The position numbers and the translations under genes were made by a program. A stretch of DNA of 63,916 bases, counting the filler, from Choristocarpus tenellus KU-1152 (taxonomy: Eukaryota; Protista; Phaeophyceae), in NCBI GenBank assembly GCA_964200185.2. It is 10 parts of 10 records of this genome, joined end to end, with 100 filler letters (N's around TTAATTAATTAA, not from the genome) between each part and the next. Parts side by side here need not be neighbours in the genome. Positions count along the whole stretch, not along the records: positions 45,887 to 52,074 come from CAXNAD020008720.1; positions 52,175 to 56,663 come from CAXNAD020014326.1; positions 56,764 to 60,593 come from CAXNAD020017689.1; positions 60,694 to 63,916 come from CAXNAD020021433.1; 6 more parts are not named here. One strand, given 5' to 3'. The notes below the pieces were generated by a model. The model was not told the DNA's origin. It did no database searches and saw nothing but the letters and a program-made list of their open reading frames with translations. Positions 49,507-62,287 of the stretch are shown piece by piece. Position 1 is the first letter of the stretch. The number at the start of each line of letters is the position of its first letter.

Positions 49507-52254
49507 CTGCCCTTTCCTACCATCTCGATCACACTGCAACTATGGTCTGTGTGTTTCTGAATTTCGTTGGGAAAGACGACCCATTTCTGACTTGATAGAG
49601 CTCTTTTCGGTATCCATCTTGAGATCCTCCATCTGAGTACCTAGTCCCCTTTGCTTTCCCATCCTGTCACACTTTTCTGACTGGGGTATCGATTGAAATC
49701 AGATGGAGCAAATCTACTCAGGACAAAGGGGGGCCTCTAAGGAAGAGTACTTGGACGATAGTGCTCAAGTCTGGCTATTGTAGGCATATCTTTGAACCTA
49801 TCTAAATCTATATTGACCATTCTTTTCTACTTTTCACCCCCTCGAAAATATTACCTTAATATTTTGGCATGTCCCAATATTTTACTTCCTTCAAAGTACT
49901 CTATATATGATTAAGATGAAAGTAGCGAAAGTATTTTGTTTATTTTGGTATGATATTAATTTTCTCAACTACTTCAGATTTCAATAGGCGCATTAGAACA
50001 AGTTTCTGTTGCCTTATATTTTAATGATATTTCAAACTACAAAGCAAGTAACTCAATTGTATCCTGTATGATTATGCCATGAGCAGAAAGTAGTATATGG
50101 GAGCATTAAAGGCTTTCTGCCATTTTTGTAGTAATTATTGAGGTATAGTGTGAAACAGATGGAAACAAACCGACAGGTTCTTCATGATGAAGGGGAGCGC
50201 GAAGACCCACAGGAGGCAAGATCAAATAGAGACAAATCAAAAAGGGAGAGCAATCCCTCAGAAGATCACTCAGGAAAAGAGTGTTCAGGTGGTAACTGAA
50301 AGAGGGGGGTGTTGGTAAGGTCTCTCCAAACCACCCAATCTTACGTCAAGCAGGTGTTACTTTCAACATGCAAGAACAAACGTCATATGAATATCATAAT
50401 GTTCAAGATAGGTCACCTTCAGGGTATACCTTCTGTGGAAGATGGCTCTCACAATTTACCAAATCACTCTTACATGCTTACTCTTCCAGCTTTTTATTCT
50501 GTGAAGGGGATAGATGGGTGCCTATCGGGTATAATACCAGATCAAAAATGATACCAAGATTTAAAGCTTGAGTTGATGCAATTCTTAACTACTTACTTTG
50601 ATCTTAACTGTAACTTAACAATTTTCGCAAGAAATGGCAGGAGGGCATAGAGGTTTTGGTCCATATGATCCAAAGCAGAGACATGTTACCTATTGTTGAC
50701 CCGCAATTAATTCTTGAGCCAACGTAAACGAGAGGAACGCAACTTTTGGTCATTTTGTATTTTAAGTCTGCTTTTCAATATTTTGCAATTCATCCATATT
50801 TCTTCAGATGAAGACCTAAGTTGACTTGACAGGGTTGATTTTTCTATTACTTAAACCTTTCCTGACACAACAGAGAAATTGTCCTATACAGGCTAGTAAA
50901 AATGCCGAATTTTGCACATATTTGTCAGCACCCTTGGAATGCAAATGTGAGTACATCTCGTTTACTTTGACTCTCTTGCAGACCCAGCTTTCAACACCTC
51001 TTCATGACTTGTCCTACATATTCCTGTCCTCCTACACAAGTGTCTTGTCTTCCTCTGTGTCTCCATCTCGACCACCCAATCTTTTTCTTTGACACTTGCT
51101 TTCTGGGATTCAGGATGATGGATGGAACTGTTGCATTGAAGCAGCAGAATGGTCGTGTCGAGTGTTGTAGATGCGGACGACAGGTCAGTAGATTTGACCA
51201 TGTAATTTTGACATGTATCACACGCAGTATCATTAAGGATGATCAGCCCGAGTTCATAATAGGAAAGGTGGTGCTACACTCCATTTCGAAACCCACTGGT
51301 ATATGAAGTAAAAGAGATGAGCTAAAATGCATTGTATCATCTTCTCTTCCTGAAATAACTCATCCACGACTTCCTCTTATATATGGAGCTTGTCTTGCAA
51401 CAAATAGTTTATAAATGGAAAGCACAACCATAGATCATTTGTCGATCAAGTAATATTAGACCACAAAATCTCTTTCACGAGGTTCTTCACATGGTAGCAT
51501 GGTGAAGATAGCATATGTCATACATCAAGCCAAAAGCAATGAACTCAAGGCTAAAAACGTGACTCAATGATAGATTACTACCCACAGTATTTACCAATAA
51601 TTTGGAACATGGCAAATCTATCTTATCCAAGAACAAGTCACCTATCACTAATAATAACTTCGTTTATGCTATCCATATACTGAGTCACTCTTCCTATTCC
51701 TACATAATATGAATTATCTGGACTACAGTTAAGTTGCACGGATCAATATTATATTTATCTTGCATAAATTCTCCACCAGCTTGGGGAGTCATGAAGAACT
51801 TGGGCAACACTATCCAAGCCTGAGATGACTATCAATCTGGCAACTATTGGTTGGGCTTGCCCTCTTCATCCTAATCTTCATATCCTCGTCTTGCGATGTG
51901 ACAACATAACCTACGGATCTCAGAGCTAAGGTTGCACCTCGAAAGTCCTTACCACTCTACCAACAACAGCGGATCGAGATAATGGTGGATGGATCATTTA
52001 ATGGAGGATGATGGTGCGCGGAAAGTGCCCATATGTTTTTTTTTGTAAATTTTGCGGCACTTTGTAAGGGAGATNNNNNNNNNNNNNNNNNNNNNNNNNN
52101 NNNNNNNNNNNNNNNNNNTTAATTAATTAANNNNNNNNNNNNNNNNNNNNNNNNNNNNNNNNNNNNNNNNNNNNAGAACAACACATGCGCCCATTATGAC
52201 GTGCGCCCCCAACACCCCCCCCCCCCCCCAGACCAACTAATCCCTTGTGCTTGA

Positions 52255-54209
52255 TCATGTTGGTGGAGCACCAAATGCTTCAGCCATGCGTTCAACAGAG
52301 TACTTGCGATTTGTGATATACATGATGGGTACGCCAGGTATCTTCCGCACCCGTCTCTTCAGCTCCTTATCACAAGTGGCTATCATGTAACACCGATGCT
52401 GTTCTGCGCGCTGCCAAACAAACAAAGATGTGCATGGCGAGGTATCAGCTAAGTTGACTTTCGAGAGATATCCAACAATCTTGAGTATCATGAATCTCCA
52501 CCAGATTGGCACCTCACATATCAAGTGAAGGTGGAATATTGGAGCTGTAGTATTATCCTGAGTAATTTCTTGCACTGTGACAAATTTGAGAACTGAACCT
52601 AACGTTGCCAACTTTTTTGATCTAGGAGTGCAAGAAAGGAATTCTTTCCTCTTTTACAAAATTTGACCCTTGTGAGCATATCACATCCCACCGACCTACT
52701 ACCGCATACGTCCATCCTTACAGTACACACTGAGCACAGAGTGCAGGGAAAAGAGGGATACACAGAAACACCACACCTACAGTACAGAGTCATGTGTTGG
52801 GTGCTGGAGGTGATTTGATAGGAAAACTTGCACGATGAAGAAAGAGGAATCACCTACACCCTCCTCAAAAACAATCAAAACATGTCTGTGCCGAGTACAC
52901 ACACATGAGTTACAGTCTCAGCTTGCTATTTTAGGAGCTCTTCTCAAGATTTTGATGATGTGTTGGGTCATGTTCAGATAACAGAAAGATGTTTGGGTTC
53001 CAGTTATCATTCAATGGTGTCTTCTTTCAATATGGATCCCATCATGGGTTCAGTATCACAAACGATCTTGGGCGCTAACACAGTTTATAGGGAAAAAAAG
53101 CGAAGAATCTTCCAGCACTGTAGGATGGTAAATAAACGAACCTGTACCAGGCAGTCATCGGCGTAGGTCCCCTGGTGTGCGCATGGGAGGCGTTCGAAGC
53201 GTGGGTCCTTGGAGAGTCGAAGTGCCACTCGATACTTCGGCCCGAGCTTCTCCAGTTCGGCCACCACACAGTCCGTTATACAAGGGATTGCCTTTGCCAG
53301 CAGGCAGTCCATCATAGCCTTGACTATATCCAACTTGTTCTGGTCAATTGAGGGAGGAGGGGTGTTGGTACTATCAATAGTGACTGAAGTCTGCAGAGCA
53401 CAGAGGCCAAAAGTGAGTAACAGAGAACAAGAGGCAAAACAGAAGCGGCGACAGCAGCGCACCAGTACTGGCACGTGCGATTTCACTACTTCAACTTCTT
53501 ATCCATGATGAAATCAACTACTACCTCCTCCCCCATATATGGTACCTACCATGGCGTGGGTTTCAACAATCGCACCATCACAAAGGCTTACAGATGAACC
53601 TTTCTTTTGCCTAAAGTATATAGAAGAATCAGCACCCAAGGAGTTCATTGCCAATCCATGCAAAAGGTCATAAATATCGAGCCAGACTGACCTTGATAGA
53701 AAAATTGATGAAATTAGTGTCCACAAGAATGTGGTATGGCGGACCGAGCGCGGTATTGTGAGCGAAGAACATCGAGGTAGGAACCTGCTTTATGCGACGG
53801 GTCTCCGCATCTTTTGCCTGCCAATATGGAGAATCTCGCATCAGTGAGGTACGTTGAAGTAGAGGAAGGAGAAACTTTCTTCTTGAGTGATAGCCATTTC
53901 GATTTTCACATCCTCATGCGCCCTGAATTTTATCAAGGCTCACACACATCAAAGCACCAGCTAAACCTATCAATGAAATATGGTTCATGATCCTTAAATA
54001 AAGCTTATAGCGTGAAGGTGCACAGGGACTTTGTGATGTATCCGATAGACCATGTACCACAACATTGTGGTTGCTCTGTCCTGCACCTTCTTCTGCTTGG
54101 CCTCGGTCTTCGTCATGTTTTCCTTTAGTCTGCAGTCCTTGGGACTGAGCAGTCGCTTGACCTGAGCGAACTTCACCCTATGAGCTCTCTGCTTCTTTGC
54201 CTTCCCCAT
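52255..54209 (-). CDS. FCF1: rRNA-processing PIN-domain nuclease FCF1/UTP24, complete, 4 exons, 200 aa
   Basis: Phase-0 GT-AG exons 54209-54087, 53817-53692, 53339-53142 and 52410-52255 give MGKAKK...KFAQVKRLLSPKD...SMFFAHNTALGPPYHILVDTNFINFSIK|NKLDIVKAMMDCLLAKAIPCITDCVVAELEKLGPKYRVALRLSKDPRFERLPCAHQGTYADDCLVQ|R...IATCDKELKRRVRKIPGVPIMYI...*. Confidence 0.97.
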
Positions 54210-54457
54210 CCTGGTCAAGTCTGTCTTACCTAAAGTAGAAAGTAACTGGTCATTGTTGCGACAAATCTTGTCAGCGCCTTGGGAGGCGGTTTGCTGTTGT
54301 TAATAATACCATTCCTTCCTTACCGTTTGTGTAGTACTAATGATAAACACCTCTACACTTTGTGCTAAGGTACTCCATACACTCAATAGCATGTATGTAT
54401 ATAGTATCAACCTCTGTCATACATACTTCTACTTGAGTTGGTACCACTAGCACTAGT

Positions 54458-54489
<32 letters not shown>

Positions 54490-55116
54490 CCACCCACTAT
54501 TACTACTACATACAAACAAAGACTGCAATCTGTGGATAAACATTGAATGGATTAGGTGCTTGTGATGGCATCCTGCACACATTTTCTTTCTTTTCCCCAC
54601 TTTTTTCTCAATGTATTCTTTCACACACGCGTCCTGTCCTTGTTGTGGAAACCAACCCCCCATTCGTTGTCCTCCTCCTGTGCTTATTGCTCACAACAGG
54701 GTAGGTTGGCTCATTCCACTGCTACTTTTATTTCTGTTTCACTGTATTATTATGACTTTTCACAATCTTTCATTATCATATGCGGTCAAATCTCGAAGCA
54801 CCATTATGGAGTTGTTGAAGGCTTCACAGTACTTGGGCGTTGAGGTAGAAACAACAAATTGACGATGGTGTCTGTCTGTTGCTATAGTTGACCTCTTATA
54901 ATCAGAATCCATTTGCAGTTGAGAGATCAGGACAATACCCACACAACAGAAAAATACCACCCCTCACTCCCCCCCCTCCCTTCCTTGTGTCATAATTTGT
55001 GTTGTCTACTCCGGAGTATTTATTATCACTAGTCGAAGTATAGTCCTTTCGACTTGAAAATATATTTGTTCTCCCTGAAATTTCCTCAGATTGTTCTTGT
55101 TGTTGTATGCATGCAT

Positions 55117-55133
55117 GGCTCAAAGTATCTGCA

Positions 55134-55164
<31 letters not shown>

Positions 55165-55293
55165 AACCGGGGGGTCCTGCGGGGGGGTGGGAAGGGCCCA
55201 CGCCGGAACCCACACCCCCCCCCANNNNNNNNNNTTGTTTTTGTTTTCTCTGTTTTTTTTTTTGTGTGTTTTTGTGGTTGTGGGCAGGCGGGT

Positions 55294-55330
<37 letters not shown>

Positions 55331-55477
55331 ACACCAGGGTGTTCATTCCGGGCCTGACCAGGAGAAGTGAACTTACTTTGTCCATCTGGTGCATGCAACC
55401 AAATCAACCAAAAATCGCGACATGGAAAAATAGGCACCGAATGGACAGCGGCCACCTCCCCCTATTTACTTTGAGCC
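55117..55477 (+). mobile_element. MITE family A copy spanning a 10-N gap
   Basis: Runs GGCTCAAAGTATCTG...TACTTTGAGCC with CAT on both flanks. The polyG region is mis-assembled. Confidence 0.75.
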
Positions 55478-56386
55478 CATTTGATATTTTTGTGGCATGT
55501 AGGTGAGAATATCGATTTAGGGGAGAGAACGTTGTTTCTTGTAACTGGTGCTGTGTGGTGAGTTCGTTTTTCTATTATTGTATGTACACAATTGACAGTG
55601 AGTACTTTGACAGGGCGCATCTCTTCAACTTTGCGTCCACTCAGTACAAGTAGTGCCATTAGCAGCTCTTCTTTACACCGTTACTTGTTCTTCTTGCTTA
55701 GAGTGTCAAATCGTTGCTAAGTTCTCCATCTTGTTCTACAACAATAACATCACTACTACTGCACGCATTATTCAAAAGACATCACTATTAATGGTACTAC
55801 ATGAAAATAACGAAGTGAAGATCATTGAATATATGACTAACTAGGAGGAACACTATTGACGATCATAACAACAAGGCTAGAAGCGGGGAGGAGAAATATA
55901 GGAAGTGCAGGTAATTATTACTTTGTGCATGCAGCTGTCAGCGTGTTAATTGTGTTCGTCGTAGCAGTGAGCAAAACCAATGGAGAGGGCAGGTTTGGAC
56001 CTTTTTGCCTTCTAAGCCACCTTTCTTTTCCCGTGCAGTAGAGATCCAAAGTAAACGAGGGGTACCCTGGTTTTGACTGATTTGCAGCATGCTCCATTTC
56101 ATTGCTTTATGTGCATAATAATGTATACAAGATCGATATTTCCCCTTTCCATACACAAAGTGACACCACAATCAAGCAAACGCTCTTTCTGCAATTGTAC
56201 AAAATGGCGTCAATGTGCCTTTTCTGGGGATTCTTAAAGCGCTAGATTGGGCCTCATTTAAACAAATAACCCACCAGCGACAAACTACAGTATGCGAGAA
56301 AACTATATTTTTGTTTTCTCATTTAAACAAATATCCCTCTCACAGAACTAACTGTCCAAAAAATATATTTTCTACGGATTGTCACT

Positions 56387-56534
56387 GACTCAAAGTATCT
56401 GGGGGGAGTGGCAGGTGTCCATTTGTGGCCCATTTTTCCATGTCGCGATTTTTGAGTGATTTGGTTTCATGCGTTAGATGGATAATGTAAGTGCACTTTT
56501 CCTGGTCAAGGCCCGAATGAACACCCTGTTGTAG

Positions 56535-56586
<52 letters not shown>
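56387..56586 (-). mobile_element. MITE family A copy (reverse)
   Basis: GACTCAAAGTATCTGGGGGG, then the reverse-complement body running into polyC. Confidence 0.85.
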
Positions 56587-56588
<2 letters not shown>

Positions 56589-56811
56589 TCCCCGAGTGCC
56601 TCGACAGCCAAAGTAGTTGGGGGATTGTTGGTTTGTGTTATCTTGTTTTTTTTTATTTTTATTNNNNNNNNNNNNNNNNNNNNNNNNNNNNNNNNNNNNN
56701 NNNNNNNTTAATTAATTAANNNNNNNNNNNNNNNNNNNNNNNNNNNNNNNNNNNNNNNNNNNNCAAATGTGCCCGATGGGATACACAAGGGCCCCAACAA
56801 CTTGACCATCA

Positions 56812-56991
56812 GACCCAAAGTATCTGTGGGGGGGGGGGAGTTCTACGCCAGGGTGTCGATTTGGATCAAAAGCAGGAAAAGTGCACCTACATTTATCCAT
56901 CCGACGTATGCAACCAAATCACCCAAAAATCGTGACATATAAAAATTGACCCCAAATGGACAGCCGCCACCCCCCCCAGATACTTTGAGCC
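56812..56991 (+). mobile_element. MITE family A full reference copy (180 bp)
   Basis: TIRs GACCCAAAGTATCTG(T)GGG and CCCCAGATACTTTGAGCC; TCA on both flanks. Confidence 0.9.
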
Positions 56992-57189
56992 TCACCCCCT
57001 CCTTAGATGGGACAGATATAGAGATAGGATCAGGCACGATGGCTCTCAATACATCCTGTGGCGAATCTGGCATGCCGCGGAGAGATCAAGGACTCACCAC
57101 GAAATGGTGGTGGTGATACTTCGGAAGAAAATGAGGCAACCCCAACCTCACAACTCCTATAGTGCTGAACACCTCCACCAACAATCCAC

Positions 57190-58180
57190 TTGGATGACAC
57201 TCACTGATACGCCCACACTGGTGGAAGTGACTGAAGTAATCCGGGCCATGGAAAACAGGAAGGCAGTGGGACCAGATAATTTTCCGGGTGAAATCCTGAA
57301 AGTTGGGTCCCAATGAGAACAACAGAATCATCCTCCAGGTCTTCTTGGCTTGTGTGGGACCAGAAAGATGTGCCATAGGTTTGGAACGATGCAATAATCG
57401 AAGTGCTTCTCGAGAAGAACGATTGGATTGTGGTAAGTTCAGGGATACCTCATTGGCGGATTGGCGGCATAAGTTGGCCAAGTTCTCTTTAAGATTATTG
57501 TGCGACGACTGGGAACTTACCTTGAATGGGAAGACTCATTCCACAAGGAACTGTGGACAAGATGTACAACCTACTAGTCACCCTCCAGGAGCTTCTCCGG
57601 AAAAGCACATACATATGTACTACATTGTTAATGTATTTCATTCCCCTACCGAGAGCATATGGCTCTGATGATCATGGTCTCCTCCTGTGCATTATGCTTG
57701 CCAAGTTCGGAGCGTCTAAGAAGTTAGTTTCAGTTGTCCGCCAATTCTCTATGATGGAATACAGGCGGCATATGTACGCATGGATGGAGAGTGTACGGGT
57801 TGGTTGAGGTCAGGTAAGGCCTTCAGCAAGGGTGTGATCTTGCCCTCTTCCCGTTCAACATCTTTTCTGTCGGGCTAAGTGATGTGACTAGGGACTTCAA
57901 TGCTGACCCAGCCACCTCCAAGGGCCCCCTCGCTGTCGTAAGGAGATCTACAGTAAACAACGAAGTCAGAGGAGGAGGAGTGACGGGATGAGGGGAAACA
58001 CTTTAGCAGTGCCCGTAGAACATTCTATTCTGCTTGCTGACAATGTGGGTATTCTAAGCCCCAAGAAGGAAGTTGGGTCAGAATGATGGCTGTGCCTAGG
58101 ACATCTGGGCTGACCAGATTGGAGTTGAAGACAGATCATGTGTCTTTTACGTCCGAACAATAACGTGGAAGACATCACTA
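57190..58180 (+). mobile_element. Degenerate non-LTR (LINE, RTE-like) reverse transcriptase remnant
   Basis: PTLVEVTEVIRAMENRKAVGPDNFPGEILKVG (~57210-57310), GLQQGCDLALFPFNIF (~57820-57865) and LLADN (YADD-like, ~58030) occur with many stops and frameshifts. Confidence 0.8.
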
Positions 58181-58437
58181 GAGTAAAAGTATCTTAGAGG
58201 GTAGAGCCGCGTCCATTTGTGTGCCAAAATCGAATTTTGCGATTTTGATGTAAGTTTGGCTATTGTGGTTGTCAGGAAGTATCAATATCCTTGTTTGTAC
58301 ACACCTTTTCATAACGTTACGTTTAACCTACTCCGAAACGTTTCAGAGTAGGTAAAAGGTCACAAAAAAACTGTGGGAAGCCAAGTCCTAAACGTTCGAA
58401 CAGGTCTATAATCGTACCCTCTAAGGTACTTTCACTC
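58181..58437 (+). mobile_element. MITE family B copy, TSD ACTA, at the end of the LINE remnant
   Basis: Runs GAGTAAAAGTATCTTAGAGGGTA...TACCCTCTAAGGTACTTTCACTC, flanked by ACTA at 58177-58180 and 58438-58441. Confidence 0.9.
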
Positions 58438-60714
58438 ACTAGGCAGATCCCATTTTCGTTCGACCTCTCATCATTTCTAGACTGATTTCCACACAGTATT
58501 TCGAAGCATGTAAGTAGCATTACTGTTGTCTAGCAGGACATTCAGTGACAACTACTATTTTTGCCCCGTTGAAGAAATATCGTTCTTTTCGAATGACCAA
58601 AAAAACAGTTTTCATTCAACTTCATTCAATCTTTCTGAAAGAGGGGTATTGATTGAGTCATAGTAGAAATTGTGAGGGAGATCGATATAGATCATTTTGA
58701 TTATTTTTTTGAGATTACAAAATCTTCTACCTCAGACCCCTAGTCCTCCTATCACCGAACTGCACTTGACCCCAATCAGGAGGTTGTGCCTGCAGAAGGG
58801 GAAACAAATGTTCAATTACACAAGAACGAATTGCCATGAAGAGGTCTAACAGTGTGTGTACCATACGGTGGACAAAGAGGCTCCTTACTCAATAGGACTA
58901 CGATCCTATGACTCTCCTTGTCTCTGTTTTCGTGCATGGAAACCTTTAAGGGAAGAAATATTAAACAGTGCTCCAACATGGAGGCACTAGCTTGAACAAA
59001 AACATCTGTTGAAGTACTATCAACTATTCTTCCAGATAAGATTGCATCAGCTGTGGGAACCCTCCCCCCTTTTTTTTTTCAAGTTTTCCCCGCCGAAAAG
59101 TTACCAATACTCTTGGCCAATTCAAACCAATGATCCTTGTTCCAGTTTGTACTTATCACCACCAAAATAGCTGAGGAAGACACAATATTACCATTACATC
59201 ACAACTCCATGTGATTTTTTTTGTTTAACAGAAGCACGTAAACCCGATCCATGTTCGAACAAGTAACTATTCCTTACTGTACCAACATCCAGGCGTATTT
59301 AACTAATAAACATTCACAACATCTACACCAATAGAGCTCTATAACAGCCCCCAAACCACTCTTGAATAATAGGATGTATCCACTCTACGATCAATTTTCT
59401 TAACCCCACCTAAAGCATGACTTTTTGCACCATGAGATAGTGACATGATAATTCACATCAATAGAATTATATGTTTTAGCAGTTGTTGGAAAAAGTGCTT
59501 ACACAGTGAAGAGCTTACTTACACAAAGAGGAGAGATACAGGCAGCATGTAAGACCTCCCCAACACAGTATCAACAGTTGACTGACGGTGGTGGTTAAGC
59601 AGCACCTCAAAACACCACACCTGTGTGTGAGGCCTCAACCGCCACACAACCAGGTGTTCATCCAACCTCACTGGATCAATCTTTCATCGACTCTGGAAGG
59701 AACACAAACAATAACATGGCTCCTCCTGCTGTTCGTAAGTAAGCAAGGCCACCCACTGCTTCCACTCTCCACCCCTGTGGCTAAATACACCTCCACTGAT
59801 TGCTGCCTACACCAAAATCAGTCAACATTGGATCAAACCACCCTGGATACAAGCCCATTGCTTGTTCCTAGCATGCCTTCACACTACACAGAAAGATAGA
59901 GGACATAGAATGGTATTGGTGTGGGGAGAGAGGTAAGAAGAAAGGCCAATTGTATCATAGTGAGATGTCATCAACATAGAACAAGGCTTGTACCTCTCAG
60001 GGAAATTGCCATCTCAAGTAACACCCCTCCTCATTATCTTCCCCCCCAATACTCTCGTTTCATTTTTTTCTTGTTCTCTCAAGAGGCATACATGCCTTCA
60101 TCAGTCAGCAGGCCACCATAGCTGGCTCCCTCGGCTATGCTTGCCCTCACCCCACAACCATTCTCCATTAATCTTGAACCTCCACCTTGCCATAGGCACA
60201 TCAAATCTCACAGCAGCAGGTGGTGCTAATGCAAATTGCAGTAAAAGGGCATAGCAACTTACACACAGCTAGATTGGAAACAACACACTGGGAAACACAC
60301 CACAGACCTCTTGGCAATCGCAGGGTGCTCCAAAGCTGTCCCTACCCTTGCTTCCCCTCTCTCCATCTCCCCATCACCTCGGTTACCACCTCCTGCGACC
60401 TGCACTCACCATGCCACAATACAACATGTGCATTTTGTTCAGGCTGCACCCGTGTTCCTACCACCCCCCTGCTCTGCCCAGATGCAGAACTCACCCTCCT
60501 TCCCATCCACCCACGAACTACCCCCCCCTTCTTGTCCTTTGTCCCCCCCCTCCCTCTGCGCGGGAGGTTGGCTACTGCTAGGATCAGAGTCTGNNNNNNN
60601 NNNNNNNNNNNNNNNNNNNNNNNNNNNNNNNNNNNNNTTAATTAATTAANNNNNNNNNNNNNNNNNNNNNNNNNNNNNNNNNNNNNNNNNNNNGGGGGAG
60701 GAGTACTTGCTCAC

Positions 60715-62287
60715 CGTGGGTAATGCTGTGTGGTGATGGCCAGTTTGAGACTCGATAGATGCAGTTACCACTTGATCAATTAACAGGATCTGCACTCAAA
60801 CCACCCAAGCATTAATAGCACGCAAAACAAACATGAAATAAAAGTTGGGTAAGCAGGAGATAAGAGAGAGACTCATGTTCATGCTGTGGTGTATGTTGGG
60901 GCAGTGCATAAAGTTGACGAAACCTTGGAGTATGGCGCAGGCAACTGATAGCAGGCATTCATACTCTGTCTGTGAAATCTTTTTATTTTTATTTTTTGGG
61001 GGGGGGAGGGTTTTTACTCAAATGCCTGTGGAATTTAGGCATCTGCTCTTTGGATTGTGTACATACATCTGTCTAAAAATAAGTTTTATTCCATTTTGGT
61101 AATTTGGCAATGGATATGGAATGGTGCACAACTTCAGATCAATGCAAAACTACATGTCATACACATCATGGAGCTTAGGCTTATGATGCACTGTGGAGCA
61201 CAGTGGTTGGGAGGTATCAGCCAAAAATCTAAAAAAATAAACATACCCAGTACTATTGCCTGTCTGTACTTCTCAAAACAGTGAGCCTTTTGCTCACAGT
61301 ATTATGCCGATTCAAGAAAAACAAGCAATGGGTTCTTGGAGTAAAAGGATAGCTGGGTAACACACATTGCAGTCGGTAAAATATATAGTGTTGTGTGTGG
61401 CTAGTGTCAGAAGCATGAGACGAGTGGTGTGTTGGTCACCAACCGATGACCCAGCGTCGTTCAGGGTATGAGTACAAACTCTCTTCGGAATAACAATTCA
61501 GCAAACTGTTTGTGAATGTGCTTATGTTTCACCAATACCATACTAGGTGACTCAGGTGAGAAATTTCTATCAATCTTAGAATCGCAATCCAGAATATCCT
61601 GTTCATGAAGGGGCACCGAAAGAGTCTGTGAAATCACTACCCTGTCATGCTCAAGTGAGGGTCTGGAGAGGGAGGCAGAGATCCATTGCAAGGATAGTAA
61701 AATAGCATGTAACTCGCCATAAGAAACGCCACTGAGCACAGGAGACCCCCCCATGGCAATGTATCCCCCCATGCCACCTCCAAAGATTTGCTGCTCTCTG
61801 GGAGCATGTCTACCTGAGAGGTAAAAAAGGTCAAAAGAGAGCCAAGCATCGATCAGGTGGATCCAAGGTTGTGTGTTGAAGTCCTGAAGACAACAGCCAT
61901 AGATGGAAAGTTAAACAAAAGCACCAAACGCAGTGGTTCCTGACGCACTGTGCAAATGCTTCCAACGGACTAGTATTGACTGGTAGGTTGGAGTTTGTTG
62001 TCCTGGGATTGAAGTCCTGGTTTGCTTTGGAACCCTTAGTCCATGTGGCAAAACATAAGCACTCACACCCCCAAGCTATAGGGATTGCGAAAGTAGGTAT
62101 CCCATTTTCCGTGGCGGTCCGAACTTACCATGGAAGAAGCGAAGAAAACTCCACCCACTGCAATGTTGAGGCTGGACACAACCTTGGTGCTGAGATGCCG
62201 CAGTCGCATAGGAATCAGACCACCGACAGCGGCCATGAAAAACAGTGTCACCCCTGCGAGGGCTTTGAAGGATCCGGCGGAAAACAT
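60715..62287 (-). CDS. ZIP-family (Zrt/Irt-like) metal transporter, 5' part
   Basis: Exons 62287-62129, 61813-61718 (GC donor) and 60789-60715 give MFSAGSFKALAGVTLFFMAAVGGLIPMRL...SSLNIAVGGVFFASSM|VDMLPESSKSL...LPWGGLLCSVAFLM|ILLIDQVV...QTGHHHT. This fits ZIP TM1-TM3 plus the start of the His-rich loop. Confidence 0.85.

Noticed and set aside
51100-51520. Chromodomain-like snippets (EFIIGKVVLH; FVDQVILDHK)
   Set aside because: Too short and degraded to call.
54806-54844. Candidate first exon MELLKASQYLGVE divergent from FCF1
   Set aside because: No phase-compatible downstream exon found in the contig.
55054-55506. Poly-Gly/poly-Pro ORFs
   Set aside because: Products of homopolymer G tracts and an N gap inside a MITE-A copy.
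56812-56991. Dispersed repeats as a CRISPR/REP-like or tRNA-derived SINE system
   Set aside because: No repeat-spacer array, cas genes, A/B boxes or poly-A tail; TIRs plus TSDs indicate MITEs.
60100-60593. GC-rich coding-like segments on the minus strand at a contig end
   Set aside because: Candidate exons exist (e.g. VAGGGNRGDGEMERGEARVGTALEHPAIAKR), but I could not build a consistent splice model or assign a family.
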